A stretch of 64,000 nucleotides of DNA from Thecamonas trahens ATCC 50062. Taxonomy: Eukaryota; Protista; Apusomonadida. This document shows positions 56,799 to 64,000 of the stretch, in pieces. Numbering within the stretch: the first letter of the stretch is position 1; every line of letters begins with the position of its first letter. The notes under the pieces are model-generated. The model saw only the letters and a program-made list of their open reading frames with translations. It did no database searches and was not told the origin of the DNA. The translations under genes were made by a program, and so were the position numbers. The stretch spans positions 211,498 through 275,497 of the forward strand of contig NW_013657670.1 in assembly GCF_000142905.1 (NCBI RefSeq), given 5' to 3'.

Positions 56799-59379
56799 AA
56801 GTGTCCGTAACCACACCTTCCAAGTCGGGCGAGGTGTCGATGATGTGGAGGTTGCGGTAAGGCCGTGAATTTTGCAGCGGCGGCGCCCAAGCCGCAAGAG
56901 ACTTCAGAATTGCGTCGAGCTGCGGACGGAGAGCCGTGGCGGTGTCGGTGAGGACGACCAGAGCGACGCCACCACCCATGGCGCCAGTGAACATGCCTCC
57001 ATGCGAGAGGCCAGCAGTCTTGAGCTGGGAAAACAGCTCGAGGAGAACCTTGCCCGAGGCATCGGTGTCATAGATCGACGACACCGCGCCGGGGTCGATG
57101 ATGGCGCGGAGGCCCATGTACGCTGTGAAACACTCACCGAGCTCACGGATGCGGCCAAAGCGAAATGCCTGCACAATGTGGGCATGGATGCCGAGCGAGG
57201 CCACGATGGCGGCGTACGGCTTGCCTTTCCGCCGCAGATACGACATGTGTCGGGAGTTGAGCCCGCGCCGATAGTCGAGCACAGCCGTTCGCTGGATGCC
57301 TGTGTCGACAACTAGCAGACTCTGGGTGGTGGCCCGCTCGGCGGCCTCAGAGACCCAGCCAACGGTGCACGGCAGGCTGGGTACAAGGACCGTTTCTGTC
57401 GGTGCGTAGTGGAGGAGCTTGAGGCCAGGCAGAACGCCGTCAACGTCCTGGCGACCAGACTTGAGGCCAAGGACGTTCTCAAAGAGCAGGACATGCGAGC
57501 CGAGGAGGATCGGATCGTCGGCGACGGCGCTGCCGCACGCGGCATAGAGTGCGCCGAGAAGGTTGACGGCGACGGCCGACGACGAGGCAAAGCCGGAGCG
57601 CGACGGGCCGGAGTTGATGATATCAACACAGAGCGCGTAGGCGCCGCCAGCATTGGGTGCTCCCGTAAATGCAGCGAGCTGTTCGAGGATGGGTGCGGTT
57701 CTGCGGCGAATGACGATGCCCGTAAACTCAAGGGCAAAGCGGAGGAACCTCAGCGGGTCGTTGGGATCGGAGGACATAAACGCATCGCTCTCGCAAGTCA
57801 CGCTCGGCTCGACGTCGGTGACGGCGGCGACGGCACGGGTCATGGCGGCGGCAACGCTAGGATTCTCGAGTGCCGATTCGGGCACCAAAAGCGCGCTCAC
57901 ACGTTCGCCGGAGCCGTTCCAGTGGGTGGTGGTCAGGCAGAGGCCTGGGAGTGGGGCCTGGACCCTGGAGACTTTGGCGCATAGCGGGCGGGTACCATTG
58001 ATGTTGACAGCCATGTTGAGGACCGAGCCGCCGCCGAGCTTGGCGGACGTCCAGTTGTCAGATGCGTTGGCGGATGAGATGCCAATCCGCATACCCGACA
58101 TGGAGACAACACCAGACTTGGTGTCGTCGAACCAGCGCGGGCCGCTGGAGCTCTCATCGGGAGCGGCGGCGGCGGCCATGAGCGACTCGTGGACGTCGTC
58201 GACCTCAACACCGTTGGCCGCCATGAGGAACGGGTTGAGGAAGCGGAAGAAGGCCTCCTCGTTTGGCTGCTCGGTCTCGGGCTCGCGGGAGGCGTCATCC
58301 ACGTCTGCGCTACCAGCGCGCTCAGCCTCAGCGACAGCCTCAAAGGAAGCGACCAGCTCGGCCGAGAGCGCCGGGTTACTGCGGCCGCATGCCTCGAGCG
58401 CGGCGCGCAGAAGCGCACTGACCCGGGCATACTCGGCAAGCGAGACACTGAGCTCCTCGAGCGCCAGAAACTTGCGCAGCGCCCAGGTGACGTCAGCGAC
58501 AGCCATGATCAGGCGCTGCTGGAGGAGACGGCCGCGCCCCGAACTCAGCTCTGCGCGAAGTAGTGCAGTGAGGCTCTCATAGATGGTGCTGGCAAAGGTG
58601 CCAACGGCACCATCGACATTGGCAAAGGAGGCGACGAGGTCGGCGACGCTCGCCTCGACCGCCAGCTCGCCGTCGGCGGCGACAGCGTCGGCGATGGCGG
58701 TGGCAGCGGTGGCGGCGTGGGTGCCGGGTTGCTCGCCCAGCCAGCGCTCGACCATGCCAAACCGCATGACCTCGACCGCGATCGGCCAGTAGACGTCGAG
58801 CGGCGGGGCGTGGGGATCAGAGGCCGGGACCGAGAGCTGCAGCACCCGCAACTGGGCCATCGAGACCCAGTCGGCGAGCGAGACGCCACGGTTGAGCGTC
58901 CGCAGCGTGTCTTTGGCGAGGATACGCAGCGCAGCGTCTGTCGCCGACGAGACAATGTCAAACAGGCCGCCAGCCACGCCGCCGACCACTGACTCGCCTG
59001 CATGGACCGAGACATCGACGAGGTGCGAGGGCGAGGTGCCAGCGCCAGCGCTGGTCGGCCTGACAGCAGCGGGAGGGGCGATGCCGAGGGCGGTGAACCG
59101 CGGAGCAGACGTGCTATGCTCTGCACCATCTTCTGCGGCATGTTCTGCCGAAGCGCCGCAATGGCTATCGGCCACGGCGCGAGCAACAGCAGCTTCAAAG
59201 GCAGCCAGGTCGAGCGAGAGAGCGGCCTCGACGCGTGCAAGGGCATGTCCAGGCATGCCCCACGCCGCCTCGCTGAAAAACTCGGTGCCGGTGGCAAACG
59301 GCAGGACTTGGTACCGCAGTACATCCTGCAAGGCTGTGCCGTCAAGGCGCTGGGGCACGGAGCGTGCCGTGTCTGCCAT
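56788..59379 (-). CDS. Divergent GHMP-family sugar kinase (fucokinase/HddA-like C-terminal half)
   Basis: GPSRSGFASSSAV (PxGxGLxSS-like ATP loop), ENVLGLKSGRQD, GGMFTGAMGGG, and motif-1 variant MRIGISSANASD..GGSVLNMAVNING. Confidence 0.75.
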   Translation of the reverse strand: MADTARSVPQRLDGTALQDVLRYQVLPFATGTEFFSEAAWGMPGHALARVEAALSLDLAAFEAAVARAVADSHCGASAEHAAEDGAEHSTSAPRFTALGIAPPAAVRPTSAGAGTSPSHLVDVSVHAGESVVGGVAGGLFDIVSSATDAALRILAKDTLRTLNRGVSLADWVSMAQLRVLQLSVPASDPHAPPLDVYWPIAVEVMRFGMVERWLGEQPGTHAATAATAIADAVAADGELAVEASVADLVASFANVDGAVGTFASTIYESLTALLRAELSSGRGRLLQQRLIMAVADVTWALRKFLALEELSVSLAEYARVSALLRAALEACGRSNPALSAELVASFEAVAEAERAGSADVDDASREPETEQPNEEAFFRFLNPFLMAANGVEVDDVHESLMAAAAAPDESSSGPRWFDDTKSGVVSMSGMRIGISSANASDNWTSAKLGGGSVLNMAVNINGTRPLCAKVSRVQAPLPGLCLTTTHWNGSGERVSALLVPESALENPSVAAAMTRAVAAVTDVEPSVTCESDAFMSSDPNDPLRFLRFALEFTGIVIRRRTAPILEQLAAFTGAPNAGGAYALCVDIINSGPSRSGFASSSAVAVNLLGALYAACGSAVADDPILLGSHVLLFENVLGLKSGRQDVDGVLPGLKLLHYAPTETVLVPSLPCTVGWVSEAAERATTQSLLVVDTGIQRTAVLDYRRGLNSRHMSYLRRKGKPYAAIVASLGIHAHIVQAFRFGRIRELGECFTAYMGLRAIIDPGAVSSIYDTDASGKVLLELFSQLKTAGLSHGGMFTGAMGGGVALVVLTDTATALRPQLDAILKSLAAWAPPLQNSRPYRNLHIIDTSPDLEGVVTDTFTL

Positions 59380-60787
59380 GGGGAGAGTGGGTGCAGTGGT
59401 GGAGGCTGGGAGGCGACGTTTCCTGCTCGGCGTGAGGCTGGCGGCGTGCAAAAGGCGCACCGACGTGGCATGGCTTGTGCGTGTGCCGGTGTGTGTGTGT
59501 GTTACGCCACTACGGCTGGGAGGGGGTGGTGTCGCTCACGTACCCACGACATCGTCGTGACAACGACAATGCAAAGGGATCGAGAGCAGGTAGGCTTCGG
59601 GCCGCTGAGCGGCACCGGCCGCCGCCAGGCACGGCCTGCCCCGATGCATCTGCATCCGTTGCTGCGCACAGAGCGCTAGCGCGGGACGAGAGCGGTAAGG
59701 AGGAGCGTGGTGGCAGGACCGGAACGCGCAAACAGCAGGTCTGATCAAGGTTGAGCGATGGAGGGGACGGTGTGGGCTTGCGCAAGTCGGTGGTCTCTCC
59801 AAATTGAAGGCCAGCCCGGGACGGGCCGCCAAGAGTGAGCCCCGTTGAGGTACCGGGAGGGAGGGATCGGGGCTTGTGCGATGTGCAGAGTGCGTCAGAC
59901 AGGCGAGCCGCTGGCGATCTGTCCGCAGTCTGCCGTGCGCTCGGCGGACGCGTCGCAAGCCCACACCTTGAGCTTTTGACGACGCCGCGCCCGCGAGCGG
60001 ACAGACAGACGATACAGAGCAGGACCAGAGGCAAGCCCTCGGCAGCAGAGCGCGAGTCGCAGCCCGAGCCCGAGCCGCTGCCCGCAGAGGAGCAGCGCCC
60101 GGCAGGCGCAATGACTTTGCTACGACAAAGCGAAAACGGCGGCAGCAGGACCCCACACGAGCTCAGCCACAAGGGCGTCGTTGCTCTGGGAGGTGTCGCC
60201 ACCTGTTCTGAGGGTACCGTTTTGAGGGCTGCAAGAGGCGGCGGTGGCAGCAATGGCGACAGGGGGGGGGGGGGGTGAGGGGTGAGGCGGGGGTGAGGCG
60301 GGGGGGGGGGAGGGTGCGTGTGTATGGGAGGCGCGGCTATATTTCATACAATCTCGCACCATCCGCAGACAGACGAGAGGGCGGGGAGGGAGGGGGAGGG
60401 GGAGGGGCGAGGGGAGGGGGGGGACGTACTGAGACTTTCTCTCGTATGTCCGGGGACTTTCCCCGAAGGGAGGGGGGAGAGGCCCGCCCGAAGGCGTCCT
60501 CTCGTGTGTGTGCCTTCGAATGCGCCTCTTCGGCGCCCGTGTGGCCGACCCAATTGTGTAGAGGAGACGCCAAAAGTGACAATTTTTGTTCGCCAACCAG
60601 ACCACCATCGACGGTGCTGGCTCGAACGGATTGGCGCTGGGCAAGGGGGGGGGGGCAGGGGGGGGCATTGCCGAACAAAGTGCGACCTGCCGCCGGCAGT
60701 CGGCCCCACAGCTGGCCAAGCCAAGGCTGGACAACAACGGACGCACACACTCGAGAATCCGCTCACCTCACTACATACATCTACACT

Positions 60788-61600
60788 ATGTTCCGCTCGC
60801 TCGCTCGTTCGCTTGTTGCCGCTCGCCCGGCTGCTGCCTCTGCCGCTCGTACGCTTCCACTGCCGTCCCCTCTCCTGCTCCCCTACCCTCCCGCTGCGGA
60901 TCGGTAGTGCGGCCATCCACCGTCCCTCTCTGCAGACCCGAGACTCACGACATACATGGCGACAGGCACCATGGCCACGACCACGGCTGCTGCCGAGTCT
61001 GGTGCGTCGTTCAACTGGGGCTTTGCTGCCGGTGCCGCGTTTGCCGGCGCTGCCGCGCTCGCCATCTCACAGTACTCGGGCGAGTCGTTCTCCACCATGT
61101 CCGCGGCGGCCGACGTCCCTGTGGCTGGCCTCCCCGGCACTAACCAGGAGCGCTCGTTCTTCATGGTCAAGCCCGATGCTGTCCAGCGCGGCCTTGTGTC
61201 CGAGATCATCGGCCGGTTCGAGAAGCGTGGCTACAAGATCGTGGCCATGAAGATGGTCACGCCGTCGCGCGAGCTCATCGAGGCTCACTACGACGACCTC
61301 CGCTCGCGCCCGTTCTTTGAGGGTCTCTGCAAGTACATGTCGTCGGGCGAGGCTCCTGTTGTCGCCTTTGTCGTCGAGGGCAAGGGCATCATTAAGGTCG
61401 GCCGCGACATGATCGGCGTCACCGACCCGCTCAAGTCTGCCCCGGGCACCATCCGCGGCGACACTGGCGTGAGCATTGGCATGAACTCGATCCACGGCTC
61501 CGATGGCGTCGAGGGCGCTGCCTCCGAGATCCCGCTCTGGTTCTCGCAGGACGAGATCGCCAACTGGAACAAGACCGCCGACAAGTGGATCTACGAGTAG
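60788..61600 (+). CDS. NDK: Nucleoside diphosphate kinase with a mitochondrial presequence; exons 60788-60848 and 60966-61600
   Basis: ERSFFMVKPDAVQRGLV, HYDDLRSRPFF, PGTIRGD, NSIHGSD, terminal WIYE. The N-terminus MFRSLARSLVAAR is Arg/Ala/Ser-rich. Confidence 0.95.
60849..60965 (+). other. Spliceosomal intron of NDPK (117 nt; an alternative in-frame AG lies at 60935)
   Basis: GTACGC ... GACTCAC (60942-60948) ... CGACAG. Phase 1. Confidence 0.78.
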
Positions 61601-61926
61601 ACGTGCGTACGCGCTCTCCGCCGACCCGTGGCCGCGGCCGCTTTCTGCAGCCTCTGCCATTGGAATACACACATCCGGTTTCTGACCAGCGTCCGACCTC
61701 TTTCTCCCCTCTCCGCCATCCCCTTTCGTGGGTTTTGTCCTCGGTGCCAGTCCCATCACGCCTTTTGCTTCAAGCCGTTCCGGTTCGCCAGGCCGAGTGC
61801 GGTCAACATGCCGCCAGGACACCGCCGCTGCTTGCAGATGCAGCACTCTGCCTGACTCTGTCTCGCCCCACGCACGACTCCTCCTCCACTCCCCCTCTCC
61901 CCCACCCCACCCCGCCACCCGCCACC

Positions 61927-64000
61927 ATGAACCTTGACGCTGTCCGCGTCCTCGTCGTCCCGCTGGGCGGCCTCTCGCGGACCAAGTTCAAGCGCTACCT
62001 GGAGCTGCTCCGGGCTCACTCGGAAGTCGAGCTCGACGCGCTGGCCTCAACACCGACGCCGCGGAGTCAGGGCGAGGCACCGAGGCTACTAACGGCGTCG
62101 CCGAGGCCCAAGTCGGTGAGTCGGACAAGCAAGAGCAAGCGGCCGTCACTCAAGTCATTCAAATCGTCGACCAAGGCGTCGACCAAGGCGTCGGCCAAAT
62201 CGTCGGCCAAGTCGTCGACAAAGTCGCACCGCCGCTCCGACTCGCGCGCCTCGGCCGCAGGTGACTCGTCCGACTCGGACTCGGGCGCGCCGGACATTGT
62301 TGTGGCGCCAGAGGTCAGCGATACTGGACCTATCTTTGCGTACCGCGCCGTCTCGGTTACGCCGCGCATCCGTTTCGAGTTTGTGGCCGATGCCGGGCCC
62401 GAGTCGCCTGTTGCCGAGCTCCACATGCACAAGCGGGTGCTTGGTGTGGTCGGCGTTGGGGCGTGCTCCGAATTGCTTGGAGACGCCGCGTATACCCGCC
62501 TAACTGCCGAGGCTGCCGCCTACCCGTTTGCGCTGCAGACCCGGGCGTATGCCTTTGACCCGCCGCTCGACTATCGCGACGACGACGACCGCTTTGTCGT
62601 CATTCCGTCCAACAGAGTCGACTTTTACGTCGATCGCCTGCTTGCTGACTTTGGTGAGGCGCTGGTCACCTCGTTTGAGGTCTCACTTGCTCACCTGCGT
62701 GACTCGCCAGCGCCAATTGTCGCACCAGCCCTCGGCCGCGACCCCGAGTCAGCCAGCAAGCTCCGCAAGCTCAAGCCCGGCCGCCTCGCGAAGATCATTG
62801 GCGACTGTGCCCTGCTCGCCGGCTCGCCGCTCGATGGCGCCGCTTACCACAAGAGAGCTATCGACCTCACTGCCGCCGCCTCTGACGAGCTCTGGCTCGC
62901 TGGTGCCCAGGAGGGCTACGCTGCCGCTCTGGTCCTCGCCTCGCAGCACGGCCTCGCATCCGACACTGACGTCGACTGTGACATTGCTGCCACCTACCGC
63001 GAGGCTATTGACCACTACGCTGCTGCCAAGCTTCGCAGCCTCGAAGTCGAGGCCCGCCTCAAGCTCGGCCTCTTTTACGCCTCCACCGGTGACACTCTTG
63101 CAGCGGGCGCCTGCATGATGGACGCCCATGCCCGGTTTCAGGACGCCAAGGCCTCTGCCGAGGTCCACGACCGCATCCTTCTCTTCAACACCATGGCTCA
63201 AGTGTTTCTTTCCATCGGCTACGCGCGCAAGGCCGCGTTCTTTCTCCGCCAGGCCGCGCTCGAGCAGGCCGACCAGGGCGCGCCCGGCACCGGCACCGCC
63301 CTCCTCGCCCTTGCAGCACCGGTCTTTGGCCTCTCGCTCTCGCAAATCAACTCGGACGCGCTCCTGCCGGGCTGGTCGCTCGCGACCCAGCAGAGCGACC
63401 CGAGCCTACCGGCGGCTGCCCCAAACGCCGTGGTGGTTCCGTTTGCAGCTTCGGCCCGCCTCTCTTGGCCATACCTGCAGGTTCTTGTCATCAAGGACCT
63501 CATCGAGCTTGGCGCGCGCCTCCCGGACCAGACTGCCACCCTCAAGTACATGGCGTATCTTCTCGCTCGCATGCATCCCTTTCTCGATGAGCGCTCGCAG
63601 CGCGAGTTCTGCAAACGCCTGGCATTGCTCGCCTCGTCGCTCGGCTCTGTGCCTTTGATCTCCACCCCAGGTCTTCCGTACGTCAACCTCATTACCCCGC
63701 TGCAGCTCTCGTCCGAGTTCCAAGTCCACACCGTCAAGGCCGCCGGCTCGGCCGCGTCACCGTTCATCTTTTCGTCGTTTGGCGCCTCGTCGTCGTCGTC
63801 GTCGCGGCCGGGCGCCCGATTTGCCCACGGTGACGAGCCACCGGTCTTTGAGCTTGGATGTCCGGTCCATTTTGCGCTCCTTGTCTCTAACCCGCTTCTC
63901 GTGCCTCTCCACCTCGAGCACATTACCGTCCTTGTCGACGGCATCGAGTTTGTCACCGAGGCCGCTTCCACCGTCCTCCCGCCAGAGACCACCGACTACT
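61927..64000 (+). CDS. TRAPPC9: TRAPP II subunit Trs120/TRAPPC9, 5' part (runs off the window and is absent from the ORF track)
   Basis: Own translation: MNLDAVRVLVVPLGGLSRTKFKRYL..IRFEF..LHMHKRVLGVVGV..GRLAKIIGDCALLAGSPLD..DELWLAGAQEG..IGYARKAAFF..VSNP. Confidence 0.88.
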   Translation, partial: MNLDAVRVLVVPLGGLSRTKFKRYLELLRAHSEVELDALASTPTPRSQGEAPRLLTASPRPKSVSRTSKSKRPSLKSFKSSTKASTKASAKSSAKSSTKSHRRSDSRASAAGDSSDSDSGAPDIVVAPEVSDTGPIFAYRAVSVTPRIRFEFVADAGPESPVAELHMHKRVLGVVGVGACSELLGDAAYTRLTAEAAAYPFALQTRAYAFDPPLDYRDDDDRFVVIPSNRVDFYVDRLLADFGEALVTSFEVSLAHLRDSPAPIVAPALGRDPESASKLRKLKPGRLAKIIGDCALLAGSPLDGAAYHKRAIDLTAAASDELWLAGAQEGYAAALVLASQHGLASDTDVDCDIAATYREAIDHYAAAKLRSLEVEARLKLGLFYASTGDTLAAGACMMDAHARFQDAKASAEVHDRILLFNTMAQVFLSIGYARKAAFFLRQAALEQADQGAPGTGTALLALAAPVFGLSLSQINSDALLPGWSLATQQSDPSLPAAAPNAVVVPFAASARLSWPYLQVLVIKDLIELGARLPDQTATLKYMAYLLARMHPFLDERSQREFCKRLALLASSLGSVPLISTPGLPYVNLITPLQLSSEFQVHTVKAAGSAASPFIFSSFGASSSSSSRPGARFAHGDEPPVFELGCPVHFALLVSNPLLVPLHLEHITVLVDGIEFVTEAASTVLPPETTDY

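Overview
GC-rich (roughly two-thirds by eye), very gene-dense eukaryotic nuclear DNA with one assembly gap (1629-2262). The composition, sparse introns and gene set suggest a flagellate protist, plausibly the apusomonad Thecamonas trahens (inference only). About 25 protein-coding genes are supported: a talin-like helical protein, ADP/ATP carrier, cytoplasmic dynein-1 heavy chain, TFB1M, Xaa-Pro aminopeptidase, Dsc4/DUF1746, M14 carboxypeptidase, CIA1, ZCCHC9-like, coronin, a LIM-LIM-SH3 protein, SPFH-like, MUS81, TBC1D32/BROMI, an HhH-fold protein, an OGT-like GT41, DNAJC8, SRP72, a histone-fold protein, TERT, a RapGAP, a GHMP kinase, mitochondrial NDPK, TRAPPC9 and a few hypotheticals. No rRNA, tRNA, CRISPR or intact mobile element was recognised. 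The most notable signals are: (1) all six inferred introns longer than 100 nt carry the hexamer ACTCAC 18-45 nt before the 3' AG, mostly without a polypyrimidine tract; (2) five conserved genes, possibly seven, each lack exactly one base; (3) an OGT-like enzyme with a signal peptide and an altered active-site loop; (4) a LIM/SH3 protein with six tandem D-x-W acidic motifs; (5) a sharp AT-rich island near 45.3 kb. All family assignments come from motif recognition, not database searches.
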